Shown: positions 32,748 to 47,644 of the stretch, one piece after another
Numbering within the stretch: position 1 is the stretch's first letter
Layout of the letters: the number at the start of each line of letters is the position of its first letter
Source: Eledone cirrhosa
Taxonomy: Eukaryota
Reading direction: 5' to 3'
DNA length: 64,000 nt
NCBI GenBank assembly: GCA_964016885.1
Contig: OZ024743.1
Location: 232,190,001-232,254,000, forward strand
Position numbers and translations under genes: made by a program
The notes under the pieces: model-generated
Database searches by the model: none
Seen by the model: the letters and a program-made list of their open reading frames with translations, nothing else
Told to the model about the DNA's origin: nothing

Positions 32748-32807
<60 letters not shown>

Positions 32808-35800
32808 ATACATATATACATACACATACATATACACATATATACATACATATATATATATAAGCACTTTAATACATGAATACACTTACATCTAACTATA
32901 CACATCAAACATATATATATATTTACTTATTTATATACATTTTCACATATATATACATACTTATGACGTTTTTAGACACATTCATTATCGCATATTTGTA
33001 CCTATTCTCATCAGCATATCTTTTCATTATTAGTATGGTAATTTAAGGTTATTAATATATGTTGAGAAGAGATTGTTTTTATATTTTTCTAACTAGATTA
33101 AGGTTTATATAGTTGGGGGATGTCCCTCTTTTATGTAATATTCGGCTTGTAGTGGGAAAAAAGGGTTTTAGTTCTGTGACGGCAGAATAATGTTCGTTCA
33201 ATTCTGTTATTCAGCAGTTTCTTCTTGTGTGTGATTATGTAATAAATCTCAAGATTACATAATTTGCAGAAATTTTGGCTCCTGGAAAAGCTTTGGGTTC
33301 TAGCTAATTTTTCCCATTTTAGGGTAAACTTTTGGTCGCTATCCCTGAGCGTCCAAGCTTTTTCTGCTAAAGTTGTTACATTTCTTTGGCTCTGGTGTTT
33401 TATTGAGTAAGAATGCCTATACAATCGAGATTTAAACGATGTTGCCGTTGATCCCACGTAATACCACTCGTTGCCTCCGGATTTAATGGTACACTTATAA
33501 ATAATATTTTTTTCCAGGCAGTTATTGCCGAGGGGGCAGTTGTCAGGATAGGTGCAGTTACAGTTGTGTACGTTGGGTTTTCTCTGGAGTAGTATTGCGG
33601 ACGAACTTAGGTGTGGTTTATTTATGTTCTGTAGTGTATTGTCTACTGTTTTTTTTGTGTTCTTTGTACTTAAGTTCTTAGTGTTTTCGTTTAACCTTCT
33701 AGTATTGATCTTTTTTATGTGTTGTTCAAGGTTTAACGCTGTAGAGTATGACAGTCTTATAGTGGTAGGGTTTAGGATTTTGTGGTATTTGTGTGGTGTG
33801 GGAAAATGTCTTTTAATTATTTTAAAGAAGAGTACTGGTAAATTTGTACTAATGGAGCTATTGTATTCGGGGTTATACCATAAGTACTCTTTGCATCGCT
33901 TTCTATTAGTTTTGTTTGTTGGTTTACTGGTGTGCATACTATGGTAGTAAGTGTGGTTTGGTGTTGTGTTATTATATCTACCTATGTGGGATTTATTTTG
34001 GGTGTTTTGATTGTTCCCATCTATGTACTCTATTTTGTTGAGGTAGCCTGCTTTACTAAGGGCGTTATCGTAGTACTCGGCGTGTTCCTTAAATACTTGT
34101 ATGTTAGAAGATAGACTCGAGATTCTAAGGGAAATATTTTTAGGGATAGATTTAATTATAGAGATGGGGTGGTTAGACCCAACATTTACGTATTTGAGAT
34201 TTTCATTCAATTTATGAAACGGTTTAATCAAACCAGAGTTTAAATTGAGTGTGACATCCAGGAAGTTAACTACTTTAAGGTTGTATTCATATGTTATAGT
34301 TAGTCCTATTTCGAGTAGTAGTTTTCTTATATCTTTGCGTAGTTTTTCTAGTTTTTGGTTATTAAGGTTTTTAGCTAGGAGGAGAACATCGTCGCGGTAT
34401 ATTCCGCCGTGGAGATTGCTGAATTTTTCCTGGTGTCTAAAGGCGATAAATAACCCCACAATATCAGTTATTTCCGCCGAATCGTTAGAGCCCATTGTTA
34501 TGTCAAAGTTAGAGGGTCTATCTTTACGTACCCAATAACTGTTCTCAAATTTGACTATAGTTTTCCTAGCTTCTAATATAATCTTAATTTCATCGTTTGT
34601 AAGGTCAGAGTTATCCTTAGCAAACTTAATGGCTCTATTCAAAGTTTCAGGTGATATCGATGAGTAATATTCATCGATATCAAACTGGATAAACTTAGAT
34701 TTATTCTTATTGTTAATGCTATTAAACCATCTTATTGCTTCTTGGGTCTTCCCCCAGAGTTTAATGTTAACCTTAGCCTTAATTTGGGGGATGATTCTAT
34801 CTAAGATATATTTGCTTATTTTACCTATATCTGATTTAGAGGGGCAGATTAATCTAATTTTAGGGTCATTATCAAAGTTTACCTTGTGGTCCTTAAGATT
34901 GAAGGTGGGTACCGCCGGTAAGAGTGGTCCTGTCCTATCTTCGATTCCGAGATTTTTCACTATTTCGCATGCCTCATCATTGATGTGCTTAAGGGTTACT
35001 TCACTCGTTTTTCTATATTTTTTTATGTAATTCTTTTCGAATGAAGTTGTTGTATGTAGTGCAATCCATAGTGTACAGGTTTGATGTTTTGTCCGCTTTT
35101 ACTACAATTCCTTTGGTGTTTTTAAGGTCGTCCAGTAGTTTTTTTATATCTTTCTGTAATTTGCTGTTGGTGTTGCGTCCTTTGAATTTAATTTTAAGGA
35201 TTAAGTTCATAAGGTCCTGCTCAAATGCATCTAATAGTGGGTTGGTGGGTGGGTTTTTACAAGTCCTAAAACCGAATTTGTTGTTTACACCACTTTCTAA
35301 TGTTGAGTTCATACGGCTTCTATCATAATGGAGCGTTTTCCACCTGACACGTCGAATGAATTCATTAGTTTTTTGAATCATGCTCAATAAATATTCCTTT
35401 CTACCTTGGGTTGGTATGTTTTTGAGTGACATATCCAGGTAGTGTTTTTCCATTGTTGTGGTTGCGTTTGCTGTGTGGGTTGCTCGACTTTACAGGAGGT
35501 AAATATACAGTATTTTCCGTTGTGTTGTAATATAAATATTACACACAGTAGATTATCAGCTCACGTAGAGTTTGCTCGACGGTTCCAGTTGTAGTTCCAA
35601 AAGTAATCCGGAGAAAAATAGAAAGATTTGAATGGATACAGTTTAGTTGAAAGGAATTTATTGACACGTGTTTCTATAACAGTTACATAACCTGAAAAGA
35701 TATGCTGATGAGAATAGGTACAAATATGCGATAATGAATGTGTCTAAAAACGTCCATAAGTATGTATATATATGTGAAAATGTATATAAATAAGTAAATA

Positions 35801-35909
35801 TATATATATGTTTGATGTGTATAGTTAGATGTAAGTGTATTCATGTATTAAAGTGCTTATATATATATATGTATGTATATATGTGTATATGTATGTGTAT
35901 GTATATATG

Positions 35910-35978
<69 letters not shown>

Positions 35979-36697
35979 GTATGTATATATCTGTATATGG
36001 ATGTGTAAGTATGTGTATGTGTGTACACATGGACTAGAGTATGTATGTATATATGAGTGTGTCTATACGTGTGTATATAAAGATAAGTTGAGTATGAAAA
36101 TGTATACACATGAGCGCGTATGTATGTACATGAATACATGTGTGTATATATATGTGTATGCATGTGTATATATATGTAAGTATGAATATGTGAATTGTGA
36201 GTATATGTATTTTGTAGAGGTGTGCAAATATATTTGTGTGTGAATGCGTGGGTGAAAGGATACGTACACTTGAAAGAAAAATTTAAGTCTGAATGTTAAT
36301 TAAGTGCAAACACAAAACCAACCACGCATATCTTTACTATCTCTAATCCTTCTATAGATTTAGAAAAATAACCAATAATATATTCTATAAAAAATGTCAA
36401 AACAACAGATGGGAATCTAATTACTCACTGCCACCAAGAATTCTCACTGCTATCGAAAAACCACTCCTTCAACTATTCTTCTAACAACTTCACCCCTCCC
36501 TCCTAATATTCTCTATAAAAACTAAATAGGTCCTCAGTAATATTATTCTGATGAAATGACAGTAAATAATAACATTGAAATATTGAATGTCTGCATAACT
36601 AAAAGTTTGTAGATAGCTGTTTTAGGTTATGTAACTGTTATAGAAACACGTGTCAATAAATTCCTTTCAACTAAACTGTATCCATTCAAATCTTTCT
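31917..36697 (-). mobile_element. Penelope-like element 3 (YRDD clade), near-intact, with direct and inverted pLTR copies
   Basis: 31917-32102 is repeated at 35508-35693; ~32031-33020 is inverted at ~35695-36697; long degenerate (TA)n on both sides. Confidence 0.95.
33131..35453 (-). CDS. PLE reverse transcriptase-GIY-YIG endonuclease (~773 aa if one extra A in an A7 run near 35020 is removed)
   Basis: ORFs 35013-35453 and 33131-34960 join; motifs KADKT, FIQFDIDEYY, MGSNDSAE, IYRDD, NFLDV, SNHP, CNC..CPL..C, IIYKC..YYVG..FKSR, CKLC, CRH. Confidence 0.9.
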
Positions 36698-36818
36698 ATA
36701 TATATATATATGTATATATATGTATATATATATATATATGTATACATATATATATATATGTTTATATGTATATATATATATGTATATATGTATATATATA
36801 TATGTATATATATATATG

Positions 36819-36875
<57 letters not shown>

Positions 36876-36946
36876 ATATATACATATATATATATATGTA
36901 TACATATATATATATACATATATACATATATATATATATACATATA

Positions 36947-37006
<60 letters not shown>

Positions 37007-37013
37007 TATATGT

Positions 37014-37063
<50 letters not shown>

Positions 37064-37108
37064 ACATATATATATATGTATACATATATATATATATATA
37101 TATATAAT

Positions 37109-37165
<57 letters not shown>

Positions 37166-37373
37166 ACATCTATATATATATGTATACATATATAAATATA
37201 TATATATGTATACATATATATATATATATATATGTATACATATATATATATGTATACATATTTATATATATATGTATATATATATGTATACATATATATA
37301 TATATGTATACATATATATATATATATGTATACACATATATATATATATATATGTATACATATATATATATGT

Positions 37374-37449
<76 letters not shown>

Positions 37450-37469
37450 TTATATGTATATATATATTA

Positions 37470-39180
37470 TGAAAATATTTTAATAACTATGGCTTCAAAA
37501 CTTATAAGAGCCCACCACATAATGTTCTATTGGATAAATTTGATAAGTTCCAGTCTAGACTTAAAAATATTGTTAAGGGTTTTAGTGCAAATAAATCTAT
37601 TCTTGTCCCGGCGGATAAGACTAAGAATCTATACTCCATGGATTACAGTGCTTACCGTGACTTTATTTATAAGCAGCTGCATAGAAATTAGAAAAAGACT
37701 ACGCTAGATAATTTGAACCATATCAATAGTGAGGGTCTTAAAATAGTCTCGGACCTCGGCCTTGATAAGTATACCCAGCCATATTACCCTAGAGAACCGA
37801 GATTCACTCTTAAGGATCATAAGGTAGACTTCATTAGTAACCCCTCTGTTAGACTCATCTGTCCTTCTAAGTCCGATATAGCCATAATCAGTAAAAAAAA
37901 TCCTTGACCTTATTATACCAGATATTAGGGATAAAGTTAATTTTAACCTATGGGGGAACACTAAGGAAGTTATAGATTGGTTCTCTGGGATTAATAAACT
38001 TGAATCTAATAAGTTTATCCAGTTCGATATTGATGCCTACTACACATCGATTTCACCCATCCTCATCAATAAAGCCTTAATGTTGGCCATGAGAGTGTCC
38101 AGCCTTACAGGATCACAGGTAGATATTATACTAGCAGCCCGTAGAACTATTATTAATTTTGAGGACACATTTTGGACCCGTAAAAACACGCCCAACAATT
38201 TCGACGTTACAATGGGTTCGAGTGATTCGGCCCAGGTATCTGATCTTGTTGGGTTGTTCCTCCTAAATGAACTATATGTTACCTTTCCGCGCCTTAATGG
38301 CGGACTATATCGTGATGATGCATTGTTTGTTATTAACTCTAGCAGCAACAATGTTGAGCATAATAAGAAGAAGCTTTATAAGTTTTTTAAAAGCTATAAC
38401 CTTTCGATCACGATAGATAGAAATGATAGAGCGGTCAACTTTTTAGATGTGACTTTGGACTTGGTCACTAATAGTTTTAAACCCTTCCATAAGCCTAATG
38501 AAATACTTTCTTATGTTAGTCCCAATTCTAACCACCCCAAATCTATGATAAGCTCTATAATTAAGGGTGTATCTAATAGGATTTCCACACTCTCTAAGGA
38601 CGTAGGAACATTTAATGAACATGCGGAGTACTATAATAATGCCCTAGCTAATTCCGGTTACTCTAGTAAAATACATTATAATAATAGTAACCTTAGAAAG
38701 TCTCCGCTTACTTATAATAATAATAACATAATATCCCATAACATGGCCATGAATGGGAGTAGGAAGCATAATAATCGTAGAAATTACATAGGTGTATCTG
38801 AACCCATCCATAAGTTAACCCACCGGACTCGTAATAGGGAATATAATACCTCTAGGAATCAAGTCGAACCCTCTGAGCGCTCACTCATTGGTGGTGATTT
38901 TGCTAGATCTAATTCTAATAATGTTGTTTCTACTGATCCTATTATTGGCCCTAATCCTTTTGATAGGATTCCACACAGCAGCAGATCTACTAGAGGTAGA
39001 AACAGTAAGAGACTTAATGGAATTTTGGCTGATTCTAATAATGCGGTTTTAACTAATCCTTGTAATAACCCTAGTCTTAATAATGGGATATTAGATAATG
39101 GTAGAGTCGGAAAGGATAAAAATAGAAGGAGACTAAATACTTATTTTAACTCGCCATATAATCAGGAAGTATTAACTAAT
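37470..39180 (+). pseudogene. Penelope-like element 4 (YRDD clade), frameshifted, truncated before the endonuclease
   Basis: [58 protein letters not shown], then runs into (TA)n. Confidence 0.9.
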
Positions 39181-39202
39181 ATGTATATATATATATATAT
39201 AT

Positions 39203-39237
<35 letters not shown>

Positions 39238-39387
39238 CATATATACGTATATATATATATATACATATATACATATATATATATATATACATATATATAT
39301 ACATATATACATATATACATATATATATATATACATATATATATATACATATATATATATATACATATATATATATATCTATATACA

Positions 39388-39418
<31 letters not shown>

Positions 39419-39578
39419 GTATACATATGTATATATATGTGTATATATATGTTTGTATGCATATGTATATATATACATGTATACATATATATATATGTAT
39501 ATATAAATATATATACATATATATATATACATATATGTATATACATATATATATGTATATATAAATATATATATATAC

Positions 39579-39669
<91 letters not shown>

Positions 39670-39672
<3 letters not shown>

Positions 39673-39835
39673 GGACACACTAGAAGAGGAAGACCAAGGT
39701 TAACGTATGTTGATGCCCTAAGGACAGACACTGGTCTGTTGGAGACGCAGGACATGGCACCGATAATGAGGGACAGAGACCGCTGGAGAGAACTCGTCCA
39801 TGGATCTCGGGAATTTTACCCGCCTTAGATACATA
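39670..39835 (+). pseudogene. RTE-clade LINE extreme 3' end
   Basis: [22 protein letters not shown]...[11 protein letters not shown]...* followed by a short ATAG-type tail. Confidence 0.85.
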
Positions 39836-39851
39836 GATATATATATATGTA

Positions 39852-40852
39852 TCATAATCTATAAATCTCAGTGTGTGGTCATGCTCCTTCGTTATAGAAA
39901 ACTACAATATAGAATTTCTTCAATTGAAATTTAAAAATTAGGACACGAAATAGCTTCGATTGCATCTTGACGGAGATCATTTTTTCAATTTCACCCACAA
40001 TTACACAAAAATTAGATAAAACTCAATATTTTACGATTTTACTCTCATTTAAACTGCTGAACCCTTTCTACTACCATTCAAAATCTATACAACTTCATAT
40101 TTTCTGCTACTTTCTCTTTCCAAACTTGATGGTGATACTGTCCGTTCACACCACTCCCTACTGTCTTAAATTTAGAAAACACATATCCTCTATGAGGTTA
40201 CTAAACCTGCTAGAAACAGCAGCTAACACTCTCCCATATCACACCCCTCCCCACACCACTCCCTACTGTCTTAAATTTAGAAAACACATATCCTCTATGA
40301 GGTTACTAAACCTGCTAGAAACAGCAGCTAACTCTCCCCCATATCACACCCCTCCCTACTGTCTTAAATTTAGAAAACATATCTCCTATGAGGTCACTAA
40401 ACCTGCTAGAAACAGCAGCTAACTCTCCCCCATATCACACCACTCCCTACTGTCTTAAATTTAGAAAACACATATCCTCTATGAGGTCACTAAACCTGCT
40501 AGAAACAACATCTAACTCTCGCTCATATCACAACCCCCCCCCTACTATCGTAAATTTAGAAAACACACAGACAACCATGCAGAACAACTCCATCGCAGCT
40601 CTGTTGTTCGGCTGGCATCGTCTACGCGCGTGTTGCGCAAGTACTGTGAAACAATAAATTACAACACTTCTTTGCACATAGATAATATCCATAGGCGAAA
40701 CTACAATTGTCACTGCTGGCGTAGCTCCTGCTTCCAGGTTTGCATTTCATTCACCCAGTGCCTGGCATACAAAAAAAGGCTGCCATAAAATGGGTGGTGC
40801 AACCTAACTTTGGTAACTTACTGACCCCGAGCAACGCCGGGCTTTAATGCTA

Positions 40853-40853
<1 letters not shown>
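39852..40853 (+). mobile_element. Non-autonomous Helitron with internal ~90-105-bp tandem repeats
   Basis: A^TC start, hairpin at 40826-40841, CTAG^T end; repeated CCCTACTGTCTTAAATTTAGAAAAC...AAACCTGCTAGAAACAGC units at 40150-40560. Confidence 0.82.
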
Positions 40854-40945
<92 letters not shown>

Positions 40946-41107
40946 AATATATATATATATATATATGTATACATATATATTATATATGTATATATGTATA
41001 CATATATATTATATATGTATATATATATATACATATATATATATGTATATATATATGTATGTATATGTGTGTGTATAAATATATATGTATATATATATAT
41101 ATATATA

Positions 41108-42377
<1,270 letters not shown>

Positions 42378-42379
<2 letters not shown>

Positions 42380-43086
42380 GAGAGGCGTAAAATGAGAAAA
42401 TTATAAAATTAACTTACTTAATTTTATAATTTTCTTATTTTACGTCTCTCATATTATTGTTCTGCATCCCCATGCATTGAACCACAAAGTTACTAAGACA
42501 AAACCTATATATTTGCTTGCATAAGTATGCATCTGTGTATATATATGTTACTAGATATACTAATTCTTTATAATTATCTCCAAATTATTTGTCGAGCAAA
42601 AATTGGCCAAAACTGCTACTTTAGTAACAGTCCGGCTGCTGTCTTCTTAACAAACCACTCTTCACTGATTGACCTCGATGTCACGTGATTGATTCTTTTG
42701 AATTTTCCACCGACGCAGTAGGCAGTGATTTTGTCAATGGCTTGGAATTTAGTCCACGCTTTGCTTTTTTCCATCCACTGAATTATTTTTGATAAGTTCC
42801 CTGTGTCCACGTATTGCCTGGAAACTTAGCTGAGAATAGACTTCCCTGATGACGAAAGGCTTCTCCGTACGTTTCTTCGGAAAGTATGTTTATCCCTTTC
42901 AGAAACTAATTAGTTGGAGTGAAATTTTAGTAAGTAAGTTAATTTTATAATTTTCTTATTTTACGTCTCTCATATTATTGCTCTGCATCCCCATGCATTG
43001 AACCACAAAGTTACTAAGACAAAACCTATATATTTGCTAGCATAAGTATGCGACTGTGTATATATATGATACTAGATATACTAATT

Positions 43087-43091
<5 letters not shown>
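42378..43091 (+). mobile_element. Non-autonomous PLE-type element: ~1.3 copies of a 521-bp unit plus 5' inversion
   Basis: 42421-42570 is repeated at 42942-43091; 42378-42420 is inverted; TA-flanked; carries an HHR. Confidence 0.82.
42842..42919 (+). ncRNA. Type I HHR motif
   Basis: TTCC-CTGATGA-c GAAAGG...CCTTTC a-GAAA-CTAATTAG-TT-GGAG; palindromic ACTAATTAGT. Confidence 0.8.
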
Positions 43092-43141
<50 letters not shown>

Positions 43142-43786
43142 ATACAATAACAGAGAAAGCTTTAAGCTAAATTCTGACTGGTAACCATCTCACTCAACAA
43201 ACATTAGGATATACGTTAGTATAATCCCAATTTTGTGTTTGGGGTGCTAACTATATGTATTCTGTGGAAAGCCAGTTGTAATATTTTATATGAGATATAA
43301 TTAAAATTAAAATATATCTCTCTTTCCAAACAATTGTTTCATTATAAGTTTTCTACAAGTTGGGAGAATGTTTCCAGTTTATGTAGAAGCCTAACATATT
43401 TTTCTGTAAGAATATATGTAGGTGGGTACTTATAAATCATCAGTGGATGCCCATTAAACTTTGATATAAGAAAAAATTTCTTACCGCAGTTATTTTTCGT
43501 GTCCGCTAAGTCGTCCCTTCACGCATCAAACGACCGCCAAATTTGAAATTCCAGCAGTCTTTAGACTGAGGAAATATCATAGCATCACGAAGCGGAAAAG
43601 GGAGGCAATCGCGAGTCACAAGAAAAGTAAAATAATATACACGTGGGTTAATTAGTTTTTTCAAAAAACATTATCAATCCTGCGTGTTAAGAACGCAATT
43701 AATTTTTAAAAAATAAATGTATGCATATATTAATTACACACACATATAGATATTTTCTTAGGCTAAAATATATATATATATGTATG

Positions 43787-44376
43787 TCAGGTCACCAGTT
43801 GGTGCTACTGGTAACATGTATCCCAGTACAACCTGTCTCATGGTCGGGTCGTTGGCGACTAAACTGGCAACCCCACCAAGGTTTTTTGGTGAGGAGGGTG
43901 ACTTTGGACATCTTGCAGGACTAAAAACAAAACCTGTCAAAAGGCAAAGGAGTTCTTAAATGTCAATGGCCATCTAAAATCACCGGGAGAGATGACCCCT
44001 TAGCCTTTGTCAAGCAGGAAAACTCTGATATAACACCTGCAACCCTGATGGTATCCAATGATGTTGTCTTGTTTTTCTTTTTGGTAAATATCATCTTGGT
44101 TAAGAGAGTGGGACTGGCTTTGTGCAGTGCCTTTGCTCACTATAAAAAAAATCACGGCACAGGCATTGCTTTATATCTGGAGATCTCTCTGCACTTGTCG
44201 TCACATGGTACCATGGGCCCAGCACTATGTGTCAATAATTGTCACAAGTGTAGTGTTTGTACCAGAGTTTTCAAGTCACTGGCTGGACTAAAAAGTCACA
44301 CTCGTTCAGCGCATCGGTAGGGGTTCTCTTACATGGCTATAAAGTAGTGGCCGTACTCGAAAACGAGTTGGCAGCC
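43787..44376 (+). mobile_element. Probable internally deleted RTE derivative (5' UTR-like part plus C-terminal C2H2 finger)
   Basis: 3' part encodes CSVCTRVFKSLAGLKSHTRSAHR*; the 5' part resembles RTE 5' UTRs (from recall); (CA)n tail. Confidence 0.6.
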
Positions 44377-44377
44377 A

Positions 44378-44466
<89 letters not shown>

Positions 44467-44930
44467 AAGGTTAAACAAGTTTCAATGAATAAATCAAAGA
44501 ATGAGTTTTACTACCATGACTGAATCTTAACCATCTACTATGTCAGGGTATGTCATGCATCATCTTATTTTATATGATGAGAACCTAATGTTGAAATTAG
44601 CTCAGTACCTCTGAAATATCTATAATAAAATATACTTGATTACACGAATGTCTATTTTTGTTAATATTTAGAATTAATATACATATATATATATATATAT
44701 ATATAATAGGCTGAATTCCTGATGGGTATCAAAAACTGACCATAGGTAAAAGAGGTACTCAATACATTAGTAGACTTTACATGTATCTTTATTTCATATA
44801 TAAAGGACTTCTCCAGCACTAAAGCTGTTTTATTCGTATCATTTAATTTAATGAAACACTTCTAGTTCTATAGAATTCATTTCTATATGCAAACAAATAT
44901 ATTATACACACACACACACGCACACACACG

Positions 44931-45002
<72 letters not shown>

Positions 45003-45006
<4 letters not shown>

Positions 45007-45535
45007 GATAAATCTACCAAAAGTTTACGGTAGTGTCCAATCCGTATGAAGAACTCAATGTAATCCGGATATCATGAAAAGAGAAGATGCATTCAAAAAC
45101 TACTTTCGGTGAAAAATAAACGGGAAAACAGAGTCAAGATAAATTATAAAAAAAATAATGAATAAACAAAGAAACAGTTCCTTATATTAAAAAGAAATTC
45201 ATTATTTCACGATCGTTTCTAGGATATATATGTGTTAGAGTTGGTATGCATATTCTATAGATCTATGTACAATATTTATACAAACTATCAGAGGGAATAT
45301 ACATACCTTCACATATATATGCTGTCTTCAGAAATAATCATTATTTCTGAAGACAGCATATATATGTGAAGGTATGTATATTCCCTCTGATAGTTTGTAT
45401 AAATATTGTACATAGATCTATAGAATATGCATACCAACTCTAACACATATATATCCTAGAAATGATCGTAAAATAATGAAATTTTTTTTAATATAAGGAA
45501 CTGTTTCTTTGTTTATTCATTATTTTTTTAATAAT

Positions 45536-45537
<2 letters not shown>
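45003..45537. mobile_element. Head-to-head foldback of an HHR-bearing pLTR
   Basis: ~200-bp palindrome centred near 45338; HHR at 45339-45478 (+) and a mirror copy with a GUG site on the minus strand. Confidence 0.85.
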
Positions 45538-45589
<52 letters not shown>

Positions 45590-45734
45590 CTGTTGTCTGT
45601 GTGTCTGTGTGTCTGTGTGTCTGTGTCTGTGTGTGTGTGTGTGTGTGTGTAAAAGGTAAACAGAAATAACAAGACTATCGTACAGTATATGGAAGGGATA
45701 TATTAGGTTAACTCTTGAAATAGTTGGAGGAGGG

Positions 45735-45771
45735 TCACGACGTTTCGGACGCTAGTCCTTCATCAGAAGAA
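45735..45771 (-). ncRNA. Minimal HHR core in a pLTR fragment
   Basis: Minus strand CTGATGA-a GGAC tagc GTCC-GAAA-CG-TC; helix I is poorly paired. Confidence 0.6.
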
Positions 45772-46087
45772 AGAATGAGAAATAAGATAGATTGAAGGGA
45801 CGGGTGTGTTGGAATTGGAATAAAAGTCATTAGATAAAAATAATAGGTCCATTGATGTTGACATCTCTTGCAAAACTGTTGGTGCTGGCGTTTTAAGGGT
45901 GATTTATTTTTTTAGAAAAGTGGCTGATGGATCGCGTCTAGCTGAAATGGAAATAATAACCGTCCTACATACATATATATATAGATATATATATAGGAAA
46001 ATGTTCAAGACCCCGACGGCGGACCTCAAGCCGTTTCGACGGCTATTTCTGGACTAACTTAAATTTTTAACGTGGTAATAAATAGCC

Positions 46088-46121
<34 letters not shown>

Positions 46122-47452
46122 AACAACTAATGTTAAATGCGCATACTTCTTCATACACACAACCATACACACACATACACACACGCAAATATATATGTAT
46201 GTGTGAGCGTATGTCTGTGCGCGTGTGTGTGTGTGTGTTCGCGTGGGTGTCTGTGTATGTGTGTGTGTGAACGACTATGCGCATTTAATCTTAGTTTTCC
46301 ATGTTTCATACAAAATAGAAAAATATTGCTGGATGTTTCTTCTCTCATATGTCGTCATATGAATTCAATATAAAACACCAGATTTTCCTCTTAATAAGTA
46401 ATAAATGTTCAAATATAATACTTAGTCTTTTAAAACATTAGGATATGATCTCCGATGGAAAAACAGAAATATCTAGACTTTATTGCCAAATATATATATC
46501 ATTTTTAAGCTGGCAGGGTTTATATAAAAGAATTTGGCTGGTGTTTCTAGCATATCAAGCTACCATATAGAGGCACGCTAGTTGGCTTGTCTGTGTTTTC
46601 GTTTTTTGCCGTGGTGCTGTTACTATTGCTGTTGTAGTCGTTGCTTGGCTCGATGTCTGCCTTAGTCAAATGTATTTAAGCCATGACTATCCTACTTTTT
46701 TCTATGTGGCGAGAGATCAGTAATACATTATCGAACGTGATCTTTTTTTTTTCTTTTTTTTATGCTTGCCAGAAGGTAGCATATCATTTGAGTTAAAGGC
46801 ATTAAAGCCTACCTGTAGATGTTCTTTGTTGGTTTGTTTACGCTTTAATTGTTCCTTTAGGGTGATGTATTAAGGAAATATTTCCTTAGATAAATGACAT
46901 TTCCGATATTAACATTATTAATGTCATAACATAAGAGTGATGGTATTAAAGAATCCGTAGGATACAAATAAAAGTCAAAGTCCCAGAGATAAAGAATTAT
47001 GTCCTATTTCCGTTATGATTTCAAAAATGTTTTTGCTTTTCGTTCAGGGAGCATTGATTAAATACGTATGACGGATGGCATGAGTTTGGGTCAAGCTAAT
47101 CAACTATAATGATCTCCGGTTAATTGTGCGCTATTGCTCTAATGTAACAAGTAATTATTGTAGCATGCAGGTCACATAGCAAATACAACCATGGCCTTCA
47201 GACCGATCCATCACGAAATATTCTGATCGATTAGATTATCCTTCAGGCTCCTTTATGTATTCATGCTGGTGTGCAACTATGTACACATACGTATATATGA
47301 ATATAATCACGTGTGTAGGCATGTACAAATACACACACATGCACACGCATACTCAAATACACACACACACACACACGCACACATATATATATATATATAT
47401 ATATATAACAAAGAAGATGTGGTAAGATACCATGTGGACCATAATATACCAG

Positions 47453-47526
<74 letters not shown>

Positions 47527-47644
47527 CGAAGGAAATGTGGTAAGGAACCAGGTGGACCATAAATACGTCCAGAATTAGCCGTCGAAACGGCTTGAGCTAA
47601 GCCGTCGGGGTCCTACTCGTTCCTATATATATATATATATATAT

